64,000 bases of DNA from Nitrospirota bacterium. GTDB taxonomy: Bacteria; Nitrospirota; UBA9217. The notes beneath the pieces are model-generated. The model had not been told where the DNA came from. It ran no database searches and saw only the letters and a list, made by a program, of their open reading frames with translations. Below, one piece after another: positions 1-15,198 of this stretch. The stretch is taken from NCBI GenBank assembly GCA_963790205.1, contig CAWBNQ010000001.1, positions 576,001-640,000 of the forward strand. The letters run 5' to 3'. The translations under genes were made by a program, and so were the position numbers. Numbering within the stretch: the first letter of the stretch is position 1; the number at the start of each line of letters is the position of its first letter.

Positions 1-444
1 CGCCACATCCAGCCACGTGGCAGCGCCGCCGAACTCAACGCCGTCGATGATGTTTTCCTGCTTGACGCCCATCACGTCCATGGTCATCTGACAGGCGATG
101 AGCTTCACGCCGCTTTCCTTGGCAAGCTCAAGCAGCTGGCCGATCGTCGCAACGCCGTGCTTTTTGAACATGGACTTCATCATGGCACCGGCAAAAGCCT
201 GCATGCCCGGCAACGCTGCAACGAGCGCTGGAACAGGCACCGGCATGGGCATGGCGGGATTTCCCAGGGGGGAGATTTTAAGACTGTCCGCGTTCCCTTT
301 TTTAATCAGCTCAAGCCCGTAGAATGTAAAAAATATGGTCACGTCAAAGTCCATGGCTGCGGCCGTGGTGGCAAGGATCAGAGGAGGATAAGCCATGTCC
401 AAGGCGCCCTTGGACGCGATAATCGTCATTTTTTTCTGTGCCAT
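1..444 (-). CDS. DsrE/DsrF/DrsH-like (DsrE2-type) sulfur-transfer protein, 3' end outside window
   Basis: Read manually: AAGGAG RBS then MAQKKMTIIASKGALDMAYPPLILATTAAAMDFDVTIFFTFYGL...ACQMTMDVMG; directly downstream of tusA. Confidence 0.8.
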   Translation of the reverse strand, partial: MAQKKMTIIASKGALDMAYPPLILATTAAAMDFDVTIFFTFYGLELIKKGNADSLKISPLGNPAMPMPVPVPALVAALPGMQAFAGAMMKSMFKKHGVATIGQLLELAKESGVKLIACQMTMDVMGVKQENIIDGVEFGGAATWLDVA

Positions 445-459
445 TGCGGATGATCTCCT

Positions 460-702
460 TTATGCGGTCTTTTTAATGTAAAACGTGAACGTTCCCGAGC
501 TTTCCTCCACACTCAAAATCTCATTCCCCGTTCTCTTTGCCCAGGACGCCATATCGTTCTTAGACCCCGGGTCCGTTGTTAAGACTTTTAAAACCTGGTC
601 CTTTGCAAGCGCTTCCACGGCCTTCTTGGTTTTCAAAATCGGCAGCGGGCAGCTTAATCCCTTTGCATCGAGTGTCTGGTCCACCTTAATATCCACTGGC
701 AT
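460..702 (-). CDS. tusA: Sulfurtransferase TusA family protein
   Basis: LDAKGLSCPLPILKTKKA (CPxP motif), TTDPGS; GAGGAGG RBS before ATG at 702. Confidence 0.9.
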   Translation of the reverse strand: MPVDIKVDQTLDAKGLSCPLPILKTKKAVEALAKDQVLKVLTTDPGSKNDMASWAKRTGNEILSVEESSGTFTFYIKKTA

Positions 703-776
703 GTTCGTTGACCTCCTCTTAAAAATATAATTAATATTATTTTTTATTGATGCGTTCATCCAGAAACACGTGTTTT

Positions 777-806
777 ATTATATCTCATGCATAGTTTCAA
801 AGTCAA
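777..806 (-). promoter_or_regulatory. Sigma70-type promoter for tusA-dsrE
   Basis: Minus strand TTGACT-18 nt-TATAAT. Confidence 0.55.
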
Positions 807-1179
807 GCAATTTTTAAACTGGCTCGTGGGTGAGGTTGTCGCTTGCGGCGCCTCCCGGCGCAAAATTTGGTTTTGTAACTACTGAAAAAAAAGCACTACC
901 AGGCCGCGAAGCGCGCTTAAAAAAGCACGAGATATCGATATGTGCTGTTGGTTGCCGGCGGAGAAAAATACCTTGCCAGAGAGTCAGCGTTCTGGTATAG
1001 TCTAGCCTCGCTGGCATGAGATTCATGGCAACATCCCGCTTAATACTGAAATTTTGCAAGATGCGTGCTAGGCACAATCCGCCAGTGTCACAGAAAATCG
1101 CGCAAAACAAGGCTTCAAAAAGCGGACAATAAGCCTCCGTACGAGAACAAAACAGCCTGAAAACAATAGAATAAATTGG

Positions 1180-1199
1180 TTGTTCACACCTGTGGACAA
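1180..1199. promoter_or_regulatory. Two inverted DnaA-box-like sites upstream of dnaA (autoregulation or part of oriC)
   Basis: TTGTTCACA (1180-1188) and TGTGGACAA (1191-1199) versus consensus TTATCCACA. Confidence 0.6.
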
Positions 1200-1235
1200 G
1201 CATGTTTGTAACCAAGGCTGTTTTTTGGGGTTTTT

Positions 1236-2567
1236 ATGGATCAGGAACGGGTTTGGGAAGAAATACTGCTGCTGATAGAAAACCGAATGTCTAAGCAGGG
1301 TTATGACACCTGGTTCAGCCAATCAAAGCTCATGTCTCTTGACGGCAGCAAGCTCGTTATAGAGGTGCCGAGCAAATTTCACCGGGACTGGATCAAAGAG
1401 CATCACTGGACCACACTCACCGATGTGATCAAGGAAGTAACAAAAAGAAACGACATGGAAATAGATTTTTTCGTCCAGCCCCAGCAGCAGCCGAAAAAGT
1501 CGGCCCGCACCGTGAAAGAGGATAAAAAAGAGGGGCGAGAGGAGAAGTTCGGCCTCTTCGAGAGGAAATATACGTTCAACAACTTCGTGGTGGGGCCGAG
1601 CAACCAGTTCGCGCATGCCGCGGCCAAGGCCGTTGCTGATGCGCCGGGACGGTCATATAACCCGCTGTTTATCTACAGCGGCGTGGGCCTGGGCAAGACC
1701 CATCTTGTCAACGCCATCGGTCACCACATCCAGAGCAAGTCGCCGCGGACCAGGGTCGCGTATCTTTCTTCAGAACAGTTCACGAACGAGCTCATCAACC
1801 GCATGACCCACCAGCGCATGGAGGAATTCCGCCAGAAATACCGAAACATGGACGTGCTGCTGATCGACGACATACAGTTTATCGCGGGCAAGGAGCGGAC
1901 GCAGGAAGAGTTCTTTCATACGTTCAATGCCCTCTACGAGGCACAGAAGCAGATCGTGCTCACGAGCGACCGTCAGCCCAAGGAGATCCCGGACATCGAA
2001 GAACGGCTCCGTTCCCGGTTCGAGTGCGGGCTTATTTCGGACATTCAGCCGCCGGACCTGGAAACAAGAATCGCGATCCTTAAGAAAAAAGCGGACTTCT
2101 GGGGGATCCGCCTGCCCGATGACGTGGCGGAATTTCTTGCCTCGATGATGAAAAACAATATCAGGGAGCTCGAAGGCGGCCTCGTCAAGCTTGGAGCGGT
2201 TTCGTCTCTCACGAATACGGAGATAACCCAGGAACTTGCCCAGAGCGAACTCAAATATCTTCTTGATAATCGGGAAAAGGTCATCACCAACGAACTCGTG
2301 CAAAAGGTCGTGGCCGAGGCCTTCGGTGTTAAAATTTCGGACTTGAAATCAAAACGTCGCACCAGAGCGGTGGTGTTGCCACGGCAAGTGGCCATGTACC
2401 TTTGCAGAAATCATGCTGGTTCGTCGCTCCCGGAGATAGGAAATTTCTTTGGCGGCAAGGACCACAGCACGGTCATCCATGCCTGTAAAGTGATCGAAGA
2501 AAAGAAGGAAAAGGACCCTGAGCTTCGGGCCAGGATAGAGATGTTAATTAAGCAGTTAAGATATTGA
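1236..2567 (+). CDS. dnaA: Chromosomal replication initiator DnaA
   Basis: YNPLFIYSGVGLGKTHL, LLIDDIQF, GGKDHSTVIHA. Confidence 0.99.
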   Translation: MDQERVWEEILLLIENRMSKQGYDTWFSQSKLMSLDGSKLVIEVPSKFHRDWIKEHHWTTLTDVIKEVTKRNDMEIDFFVQPQQQPKKSARTVKEDKKEGREEKFGLFERKYTFNNFVVGPSNQFAHAAAKAVADAPGRSYNPLFIYSGVGLGKTHLVNAIGHHIQSKSPRTRVAYLSSEQFTNELINRMTHQRMEEFRQKYRNMDVLLIDDIQFIAGKERTQEEFFHTFNALYEAQKQIVLTSDRQPKEIPDIEERLRSRFECGLISDIQPPDLETRIAILKKKADFWGIRLPDDVAEFLASMMKNNIRELEGGLVKLGAVSSLTNTEITQELAQSELKYLLDNREKVITNELVQKVVAEAFGVKISDLKSKRRTRAVVLPRQVAMYLCRNHAGSSLPEIGNFFGGKDHSTVIHACKVIEEKKEKDPELRARIEMLIKQLRY

Positions 2568-2604
2568 TTGTAAATGATAAATAAGGATAAAAACTTATTG
2601 CTAT

Positions 2605-2621
2605 TTGGCATCGATTCTGCT
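2605..2621 (+). promoter_or_regulatory. Possible sigma54 (-24/-12) promoter upstream of dnaN
   Basis: TTGGCATCGATTCTGCT has the GG-N10-GC spacing. Confidence 0.4.
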
Positions 2622-2654
2622 AGTATTCTTCCACGTGACAGGAGGCTTCCCTAG

Positions 2655-3770
2655 ATGAAACTGACGATCAAGAAAGAGGAAATCCTGAAGGGGTTGCAGA
2701 GAATCCAGGGCGTTGTGGAGAAGAAGAACACCATGCCCATTCTCTCGAACATGCTTCTTACTGCCGACGGCAAGGGTGTGGAGATCGTTGCCACGGACCT
2801 CGAGATTGGCTTGCGCGGCCGCTATGCGGCGGAGGTTGAGAAACCCGGCGCCGTTACGGTGTCGGCGAAGAAAATGTACGAGATCGTGCGCGAGCTGCCG
2901 GCGGAAGATATTCAGATCAACGTGGAAGACGGCAACTGGGTCAAGATCGTATCGGGCCAGTCGCAGTTCAAGCTCGTGGCGCTTCCCAAAGACGAGTTTC
3001 CCGCGCTTCCCGATGTGGCCGAAGACGGCATGATCGCCATTGAAGGAGAGACGCTCCGGGAGATGATCAAAAAGACGCTTTATTCCGTGGGAGAGAACGA
3101 CGCGCGCTACGTGCTGAACGGCCTGTTCGTCCACATGTCGCCCGCCAAGAACGGTCTCAACATCCGTATGGTCGGCACCGACGGCCATCGTTTGTCCATG
3201 ATTGACCGGGTGATCGATGCGAAACACAAAGAAGAAAGCATGATCATCCCCAAGAAGGCGATGATGGAACTCCGGCGGCTCCTCGAGGAGGACTCGTCCA
3301 CGGCCGAGCTGCGGCTCGGGTTCAGCAAGAACCACGCTCTGTTCAAACGCGACGGGCTGGTCATGGTGTCGAAGCTCATCGACGGCAACTATCCCAACTA
3401 TCTCCAGGTAGTGCCCGCGAAGAGCACGAAGAAGGTCGCGGTGTCCAAGGACGTGTTCACCCATGCGGTGAAGCGCGTCTCCATCCTGTCCAAGGAAAAG
3501 ACCAACGCCGTAAAGCTGCAGCTCGAAAAAGACAGGCTTGTTCTCTCTACCAACAACCCGGAGGTGGGCGAGGCGAGTGAAGAGCTGTCCGTGGACTACA
3601 AGGGTGAGGAGATCACCATCGGATTCAACTCGCGCTACCTCATGGACGTGCTGACGGCCATGGACCGGGCGAACATTGCCCTTGAGCTGAGCGACGCCTT
3701 AAGCCCCTGCCTGATCACTGAAGAAGGCGACGATCACTACAAATGCGTTGTGATGCCCATGAGGGTGTGA
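2655..3770 (+). CDS. dnaN: DNA polymerase III beta clamp
   Basis: ATDLEIG, GTDGHRL, C-terminal VVMPMRV; follows dnaA. Confidence 0.99.
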   Translation: MKLTIKKEEILKGLQRIQGVVEKKNTMPILSNMLLTADGKGVEIVATDLEIGLRGRYAAEVEKPGAVTVSAKKMYEIVRELPAEDIQINVEDGNWVKIVSGQSQFKLVALPKDEFPALPDVAEDGMIAIEGETLREMIKKTLYSVGENDARYVLNGLFVHMSPAKNGLNIRMVGTDGHRLSMIDRVIDAKHKEESMIIPKKAMMELRRLLEEDSSTAELRLGFSKNHALFKRDGLVMVSKLIDGNYPNYLQVVPAKSTKKVAVSKDVFTHAVKRVSILSKEKTNAVKLQLEKDRLVLSTNNPEVGEASEELSVDYKGEEITIGFNSRYLMDVLTAMDRANIALELSDALSPCLITEEGDDHYKCVVMPMRV

Positions 3771-3777
3771 GAAAGTC

Positions 3778-6330
<2,553 letters not shown>

Positions 6331-6427
6331 ACGTGCGGATTGCGCCCTGCTCTCGCCAGGCACCCGTAAACGCTGGGTGCAGGCGGAGTGCGAAATAAAT
6401 TAAAACCGCAGAAAGAAAAAGAGCTAG

Positions 6428-8918
6428 ATGGAACCACAGGAAATAAAATCGCAGATCAACATCGAGCAGGAGATGAAGACCTCTTACCTCGATTACTCCA
6501 TGAGCGTGATCGTGGGGCGGGCGCTTCCGGATGTGCGCGACGGGCTGAAGCCTGTGCACCGGCGCATCCTCTACGCCATGTTCCGGGAAGGGCTCCTGCA
6601 TAATAAAAAATATTCCAAGAGCGCCGGCGTGGTCGGCGAAGTGCTGAAGAAATATCATCCTCATGGCGACAGCGCGGTTTATGATACCATGGTCAGGATG
6701 GCCCAGGACTTCAACATGCGCTACCCCCTTGTCGACGGCCAGGGAAACTTCGGGTCAGTGGACGGCGATCCGGCCGCAGCCTACCGGTATACGGAAGCCA
6801 GGCTCACGAAATTGGCGGAAGAGCTGCTTGCGGACATCGACAAGGAGACCGTGGATTTCGTCCCGAACTTCGACGACACGACGGTCGAGCCGTCCGTGCT
6901 GCCGACGCGCGTGCCGAACCTCCTGATCAACGGTTCCGCCGGCATCGCCGTGGGCATGGCCACGAATATCCCGCCGCATAATCTGTCCGAAGTCGTTGAC
7001 GGGCTCATCCTGATGATCGATAATCCCGAGGTCTCGATCCAGGAGCTCATGGCCGTGATCAAGGGGCCCGACTTCCCGACAGCCGGTTTCATCCACGGTT
7101 ATGAAGGGATCAAGCAGGCTTATCTCACTGGCCGGGGCATCATCCAGATGCGGGCCCGGGCCGTGATCGAGGAAGGGAAGGGAGACCGCGAGAGCATCAT
7201 CGTGACCGAGCTCCCCTACCAGGTGAACAAGGCGAGGCTCTTGGAGCGGATCGCCGAACTCGTGCAGGAGAAAAAGATCACCGGCATCTCCGAGATCCGC
7301 GATGAATCGGACCGCGAAGGCATGCGCATCGCGATCGATCTCAAAAAGGGCGAGATCTCGACCATGATCCTGAACCAGCTTTACAAGCACACGGCCATGC
7401 AGTCCACCTTCGGCGTGATCATGCTGGCGCTCGTGAACAACCAGCCGCGGGTGCTCAATCTTCGAAAACTCCTGTCCAACTTCATTCAGCATCGCAGAGA
7501 AGTCGTCGTGCGCAGGACCAAGTTCGACCTCAGGAAAGCGGAGGAGCGCGCCCATATTCTCCTCGGCCTCAAGATCGCTCTCGATAACCTCGACGCCGTG
7601 ATCGCGCTCATCAAGGCATCGGCAAATCCGGACGAGGCAAAGACCGGCTTAGTGCGTGAATTCAAGCTCTCCGAGATACAGGCCCAGGCCATCCTCGATA
7701 TGCGTCTCCAGCGACTCACCGGTCTTGAGCGCGACAAGATCATCGCTGAATATGAAGAAGTGTTGAAGGAGATCGCACGTCTGAACGAAATCCTGGCGTC
7801 GGACGCGCTTGTCATGAAGATCATCAGGGACGAGCTTCTCGCCGTCAAGCAGGAGTATGGCGATCCTCGACGGACCGAGATCGTGGCCCAGGCCTCGGAG
7901 ATCGACATCGAGGACCTCATCAAAGATGAAGACATGGTCATAACGATCTCCCACGCCGGCTATATCAAACGCAATCCACTCACTACGTACCGGGCGCAAA
8001 AACGCGGAGGCAAGGGCAAAATCGGCATGGAGACCAAGGAAGAGGATTTCGTGGAGCGGCTCTTCACGGCCACGGCGCACAGCTACATCCTCTTCTTTAC
8101 GAACAAGGGGAGAGTGTACTGGCTCAAGGTGCACCAGATCCCCGAGGCGAGCAGCCAGGCAAAGGGCAAAGCGATCGTGAATCTGATCCAGATCAGCCAG
8201 GACGAGCGCGTCACGGCGGCCCTCCCGGTTCGCGAGTTTACGCCGGGACACTTTATCCTGATGGCGACAAAGAAGGGCATCGTTAAAAAGACTGAGCTCG
8301 AATCGTACAGCCATCCGCGGCCGTCGGGCATCATCGCGATTACCCTCGAAGAGGGTGACGAGCTCATCTCGGCGGAGGTGACCGACGGCAAGCGCGATGT
8401 GTTCCTCGGCTCCCGTGACGGACTCTCGATCCGGTTCTCCGAAACCGACGTGCGCGAGATCGGCCGCACGGGCAAGGGCGTGATCGGCATCCGTCTCGAA
8501 GAAGGCAACGGGGTCGTGGGCATGGAGATCGTGCGCGACGACTCGACGATCCTGACCGTGACCGAGAACGGTTACGGCAAACGGAGCACGCTCGAAGACT
8601 ACCGGAGCCAGGGGCGCGGCGGCAAGGGCATCATCACGATCAAGATCACGGAGAAGAACGGCAAAGTGATCGGCATGGCCCAGGTGTCTGCGGACGACGA
8701 GATCATCCTCATCACCTCGAACGGCAAGGTGCTGCGTATCCGGGCCGAAGGATATTTCCGTCCAGGGCAGAAACACCCAGGGCGTACGTCTCTTCGATAT
8801 CGACGGGGGAGACAAAGTGGTCAGCTTTGCCAAGGTGGTGGAGCGTGAGGAAGAGAAAGAACCGGCGGAGAAAAGCACCCCGGAACCTTCTCCCGGGCAG
8901 GATACCGGAGTATCATGA
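6428..8918 (+). CDS. gyrA: DNA gyrase subunit A, with an apparent +1 frameshift near 8745-8750 (likely sequence error)
   Basis: [14 protein letters not shown], GyrA box QKRGGKG; the shifted frame continues [17 protein letters not shown]...TGVS* to 8918. Confidence 0.97.
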
Positions 8919-9704
8919 AGAAGCTGCTGATCGTTCTCCTGCTTGGAATCACTTTAGCAGGATGCGACGTCTTCGATAAGACCGCAATCAACGAGTACGA
9001 GGCGGCAACCAAGTAGCTGGAATGCCGGTGACTACCCGACTGCGGTCAGAATGTATTTTTCAATCGCCAAGGATCATCCCTACAGCTCGCGGGCGGATGA
9101 TGCGCTCTACTGGGCGGGCGTGACCCAGTTTCTCTACCTGGGCCAGACCGAGAAGGCCCTGCAGACGCTGCAGTTACTGCTAAAACGATACCCGCACCGC
9201 GACATGGCGCCCCAGGCCCAGTGGTATATCGCCCAGATTTATGAGCTCGGCTACAGCGATTACGCACGGGCCATCGAGGAATACCGCAAGGCTGCCGCAT
9301 ATTCGGACCGAGAGGTGAGGGAAAAAAGCTTGTACAGTCTTGCCGATTGTCTGTTCCGGACCGGCAAGGTCGACGAGGCAAAGGACGTCTGGACCCGCCA
9401 GGTAACGGAGTTCCCGAACGGGCCGAATGTCAGGCTTGGCTATTACCGGCTCGGCACCGCGGCTTTCTCCAAGGGCGAGCTCGACAAGGCCGAAGCCTTT
9501 TACCGGAAAACGCTCGAAAACAACGCGGACCACGAGCTCGTCGTGAAGGCCAAATTTGCCCTCGCAGGCTGTCTCGAGGCAGGCGATAATCTGACGGAGG
9601 CGCTCAAGCTCTATAAGGAGATCGAGCCCGCATATTCAAACAAAGAAGCCATTCAGATCAAGATCAAAGCGCTCGAGACCAGGATCATCAAGAAAAGTTA
9701 TTGA
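8915..9704 (+). CDS. TPR-repeat lipoprotein (BamD/YbgF-like), with an apparent +1 frameshift at about 9014
   Basis: [17 protein letters not shown] lipobox; removing one base joins it to the 9051-9704 TPR ORF via SWNAGDYPTAVRMY. Confidence 0.75.
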
Positions 9705-9731
9705 CAACGTACAAGGAGAATGATACTTTAA

Positions 9732-11027
<1,296 letters not shown>

Positions 11028-11050
11028 ACGGTTTAAACCGTCAAAAGAAT

Positions 11051-11136
<86 letters not shown>

Positions 11137-11150
11137 TACAATTAAATAAA

Positions 11151-11192
11151 TAACTGTTTAAACGTTTGAACGGTTCAAACTGTTTAAACCGC
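11151..11192. repeat. Palindromic GTTTAAAC-rich tRNA spacer repeat, copy 1
   Basis: Differs by one base from 12880-12921. Confidence 0.85.
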
Positions 11193-11204
11193 GTCAAAAA
11201 AAAC

Positions 11205-11294
11205 GGAGAGGTGGCCGAGCGGCTGAAGGCAGCTGCCTGCTAAGCAGTTGTGGGGGTAACTCCACCCCGGGTTCGAATCCCGGCCTCTCCGCCA
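11205..11294 (+). tRNA. tRNA-Ser(GCT)
   Basis: Anticodon arm CTGC-CT GCT AA-GCAG, long variable arm, CCA. Confidence 0.96.
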
Positions 11295-11396
11295 GTTTAA
11301 TGAAAAAAATGCCCCAGGTACTCGGGTACTGCAGTAATGTAGTTATCGAAAGCCAGCCGGCTTGAATCCATGAATTTTTTAAGGAGGAAGCTTACA

Positions 11397-11918
11397 ATGC
11401 AGAAGAAGATCGTCGCAGTACTCGTAGTGTTGGTTCTTGCCGTTGCTTTCGGAGCGTGCAAGAAAAAAGAAGAGCAACCGTTAATGCCGCCGGCACATCC
11501 GGGCATGGAAGGCGGAATGCCTCCTGCCGGCATGCAGACTATGCCCAATGTGCCCAAGGTGGAACGGACGGTCGTTGTTTCGAAGGAAGTTGCTGCAAAG
11601 TGGAAGGCCGTTAAGCTTGCCGTTGCGGACAAGACCGCCAAGACGACTAAAGAGTATACGGTCAATGTCGGTTCGGAGTTGGCCATTCCCAATACGAAGA
11701 TGAGCGTGAAAGTGCTCAACTTTCTGCCGGACTTCAAGATGTCTGATAAGGAGTTTTACTCCTCGTCTGACAAGCCGAACATGCCCGCCGCACAGGTGGT
11801 CGTCAGCGAGAACGGCAAGGAGATCTGGAGCAATTGGCTGTTTTCCCTGCAGCCCGGCATCCACCCGTTCCAGCACGAGAGAATCGGTATCGTTCTCATC
11901 GGCGGCGTTTCAAAATAA
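11397..11918 (+). CDS. Lipoprotein, DUF2155-like
   Basis: Signal peptide with AFGAC lipobox; C-terminal WLFSLQPGIHPFQHERI; AAGGAGG RBS. Confidence 0.65.
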   Translation: MQKKIVAVLVVLVLAVAFGACKKKEEQPLMPPAHPGMEGGMPPAGMQTMPNVPKVERTVVVSKEVAAKWKAVKLAVADKTAKTTKEYTVNVGSELAIPNTKMSVKVLNFLPDFKMSDKEFYSSSDKPNMPAAQVVVSENGKEIWSNWLFSLQPGIHPFQHERIGIVLIGGVSK

Positions 11919-11992
11919 TCGCCGCTTTGGCCGTGTGAAAAAAGGCACAGCTGCGCAAACGCTAACCAGATTTACCCGAGAGTTTTTTATGA

Positions 11993-12069
11993 GCGCCCAT
12001 AGCTCAGCTGGATAGAGCAACGGACTACGAATCCGTAGGCCAGAGGTTCGAATCCTCTTGGGCGCACCA
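11993..12069 (+). tRNA. tRNA-Arg(ACG)
   Basis: GCGCCCATAGCTCAGCTGGATAGAGC, ACGGA-CT ACG AA-TCCGT, CCA. Confidence 0.97.
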
Positions 12070-12211
12070 TTATGCCATAATCATCGCTGAGAACGCGGGG
12101 CGTTCTGAAGATCGTTTCGGGTTTTTAGCTTCGGGCTCGGGTTAATAAAAAACCTCGACCAGGAAACTACAAGCTGCTGTTTCTGCGCGATCTCTGCGAC
12201 AAATAGTTTTT

Positions 12212-12721
12212 ATGAATTATAGGGCGCACAAAACCGATGATGATTTCATGCGACTAGCCCTTGCCGAGGCCGAAAAGGCGGCGGCCTGTGGCGAGACGCC
12301 GGTCGGCGCCGTGCTTGTTATCGGCGGTGAGGTTATCGCCGCAGCGCACAACATGCGCGAAACCTGGCAGGACCCAACAGCCCACGCCGAGCTGCTCGTC
12401 GTGCGCGAGGCTTCAGCGCGCCTCGGCACCTGGCGGCTGCAGGATGCCGTGCTCTATGTGACCCTCGAACCATGTCTTATGTGTGCCGGTGCTTTAGTGC
12501 TTGCACGGGTCAGCCGGCTTGTGTATGGCTGCCGCGACCCGAAGGCCGGCGCGCTCGGCTCGGTCTATGATGTGGTCCGCGACGGCAGGCTGAATCATAC
12601 TGTTCGAATAACTCCGGGTATCGTTGAAACAGAGTGCCGTGCGGTGCTCCAGGAGTTTTTTGGGAAACTGCGGCAGAAAGAGGGCCACAGAAGTCTCTCG
12701 AGTTCGGAGTCTAACGGGTAA
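12212..12721 (+). CDS. tadA: tRNA adenosine(34) deaminase
   Basis: PVGAVLV, AHAE, TLEPCLMCAGA. Confidence 0.95.
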   Translation: MNYRAHKTDDDFMRLALAEAEKAAACGETPVGAVLVIGGEVIAAAHNMRETWQDPTAHAELLVVREASARLGTWRLQDAVLYVTLEPCLMCAGALVLARVSRLVYGCRDPKAGALGSVYDVVRDGRLNHTVRITPGIVETECRAVLQEFFGKLRQKEGHRSLSSSESNG

Positions 12722-12779
12722 TGGAAATAACGACGCTGCAGACACGACGGACTCAAAAAACTCAGTAGACCAGAATTTC

Positions 12780-12869
12780 GGAGAGGTGGCCGAGTGGTTG
12801 AAGGCGGCAGTCTCGAAAACTGTTGTGGGGGTAACTCCACCGGGGGTTCAAATCCCCCCCTCTCCGCCA
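12780..12869 (+). tRNA. tRNA-Ser(CGA)
   Basis: GCAGT-CT CGA AA-ACTGT, long variable arm, CCA. Confidence 0.96.
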
Positions 12870-12879
12870 TACATTTCAA

Positions 12880-12921
12880 TAACTGTTTAAACGTTTGAAC
12901 GGTTCAAGCTGTTTAAACCGC
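12880..12921. repeat. Palindromic GTTTAAAC-rich tRNA spacer repeat, copy 2
   Basis: Near-identical to 11151-11192; looser copies at about 11019-11041 and 13031-13072. Confidence 0.85.
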
Positions 12922-12932
12922 ATTCATCAAAC

Positions 12933-13020
12933 GGAGAGGTGGCCGAGCGGCTGAAGGCGCACGCTTGGAAAGCGTGTTTAGGGAAACCTAACGTGGGTTC
13001 GAACCCCACCCTCTCCGCCA
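12933..13020 (+). tRNA. tRNA-Ser(GGA)
   Basis: CACGC-TT GGA AA-GCGTG, long variable arm, CCA. Confidence 0.96.
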
Positions 13021-13085
13021 TATTCGTAATAACCGCTTAAGCAGTTTGAACGGTTTAAGCGGTTTAAACGGTCAGTGAATAACGC

Positions 13086-13198
13086 GCTCATGAGCCCGGG
13101 TCCTGCGCAATCACGGTCCCGTGAACCCCGTCAGGTCCGGAAGGAAGCAGCGGTAAACGGGTTCCGGGTGTGCCGCAGGGAAGCCCGGGTTTATGAGC
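13086..13198 (+). ncRNA. ffs: SRP RNA (4.5S)
   Basis: Helix-8 motif GTCAGGTCCGGAAGGAAGCAGC inside a long hairpin GCTCATGAGCCCGGG...CCCGGGTTTATGAGC; upstream of dnaX. Confidence 0.95.
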
Positions 13199-13407
13199 TT
13201 TTTATTTTTTAACGACAACAACCCCAAATATCACAAAGAACAAGTCTATGGAACGCAGATGAGCACGGTAAAAAAAGGAAGCCCCACAAGTTTTGCAGCG
13301 CACGTTTCTACCAATCGGGAGAGGCGCTTACTCCCTATAAGTTTTTTTGGCTCTAAACCGTGTTTATTCGCGGTTAACAAGCCTCTCCGAGTTGTCGCGA
13401 GGTTGCT

Positions 13408-15043
13408 ATGAGTTACCAGGTCCTGGCAAGAAAATGGAGGCCGCAGGTATTCGATGACGTGGTCGGCCAGGGACACATCACGCGTACGCTCCAGAACGCG
13501 ATTGTCTCGGGAAGACTGGCGCATGCCTTCCTGTTCTCCGGACCGCGCGGCGTGGGCAAGACCACGACGGCGCGTATTCTTGCCAAAGCCCTGAACTGCG
13601 TTCAAGGGCCCCACACCGACGCCCTGTGGCAAATGCGATTCGTGCATCGAGACCACGGCCGGCACCTCGGTGGACGTCATCGAGATCGACGGCGCATCGA
13701 ACCGCGGCATCGAGCACATCCGTGAGCTGCGGGAGGCCGTAAAGTACGCTCCTGTTGGCGGCAAGTACAAGGTCTATGTGATCGATGAGGTCCACATGCT
13801 CACGAACGAGGCCTTTAATGCGCTCCTCAAGACCCTCGAAGAGCCGCCGCCGCACGTGATCTTCATCTTCGCTACCACTGAGCCGCAAAAGATTCCTGCC
13901 ACCATTCATTCCCGCTGTCAGCGCTACGGGTTTAAACGTGTTGCACTTCACGAGATTTCCGGCAGGCTCCGCACGATCGCCGACGCCGAGGGCATCAAGA
14001 TCACCGACCAGGGGCTCGGTATGATCGCCCGGGCCGCTGAGGGCAGCATGCGCGACTCGCAGAGTCTTCTGGACCAGGCCGTGTCGTACAGCGGCATGGA
14101 GATCAGCGACGAGGACCTCCAGGCCACCCTCGGTTCCGTGGCCCAGGAAGCGCTTACAAAATTCACCGCCGGCCTGTTGTCCCGCGATACCGCGGGACTG
14201 CTCGGGCAGGTGGACGCCCTGCTCGAGCAGGGACAGGACATGCGCCAGTTCCTCGCGGGCGTCGTGGAGCACCTGCGAAACCTTTTGGTCGTAAAGATTG
14301 TGTCCACCCCCGCGCAGATCATAGAACTCCCTGCTTCGGACATCGAGGCCATCAGGCAGCAGGCCGCAGGCGCGGAGGCCGAGCGCCTTCTCATGCTCTT
14401 CGACAGCCTGTCCAAGACACTCGACGACCTCCGCTGGTCGCCGCACCAGCGCTTTACCTTTGAAGTCGGGCTTATCAAGGCATGCAATCTCGCCCCGCTC
14501 AAGCCTCTTGCCGACGTGCTCGCCCACGTAAAGGAGCTCGAAGCGAGATTTGCAACCGGTCATCTGTCCACGGCTGCGCCGGCAACCGGCATCAGCGAGC
14601 CCCGCGCATCTTATACGACTGCGCCGAAAACGACGGCCCTTTCATCTCAGCCCGTCACAGACGCTGGAGGCGGGGAGCACGGCGACCTCTGGGGCAAGGT
14701 CATGAGCGCTCTCAAGACGAAAAAGCCGGGTCTCGCATCATTTCTCGCGCACAGCAGACTGATGGAACATTCGGACACGAAACTAGTTATCGGCGTTCAG
14801 AGTGGTTTTCGAATAGAACAGGTCGAAAAACCTGAAAATCGCGGTATTATCGAGCAGATTGCCGGCGAGATACTCGGCCGGAACGTGCAGGTCAGGGTCC
14901 GGCCGCTCACAGACGAAGTAATGCCCGCAGCAACGTCAAAAACACCGTTAAAAAAGAAATCCGACGATCAGGATCCCATGGTCCAGGACGCCCTCCGGAT
15001 ATTCGGCGGTGAGGTTATTGAACCGGAGCACGCTGACGAGTGA
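13408..15043 (+). CDS. dnaX: DNA polymerase III gamma/tau, with an apparent +1 frameshift near 13601-13612 (likely sequence error)
   Basis: [21 protein letters not shown]; the shifted frame restores the Zn motif PCGKCDSC and joins [19 protein letters not shown]. Confidence 0.96.
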
Positions 15044-15198
15044 CAGGGCAGGCGCGCTTGGAGCGCCCGACGACACCATTTAATTTTCTTATATTTTCAT
15101 AAACCCCCGCATTTTTTGTTGCAAAACCATAAAATTTCTTTTATTATAAATATCCTTTATTGTGGAGCAGACTATCACTCGCGTACGCGGGAAACCCT

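Noticed and set aside
7649..8878. Long antisense or alternate-frame ORFs (also 13478-14563, 18501-19574, 37483-38769, 45975-47027)
   Set aside because: Shadows of GC-rich coding genes with no recognisable motifs.
9011..9016. TAG readthrough (pyrrolysine or recoding) in the TPR lipoprotein
   Set aside because: Readthrough meets TGA five codons later; the protein continues only in another frame.
13595..13620. Programmed dnaX frameshift producing gamma and tau
   Set aside because: The shift is at about codon 68, inside the ATPase zinc module, not after domain III, and there is no canonical slippery heptamer; an error is more likely.
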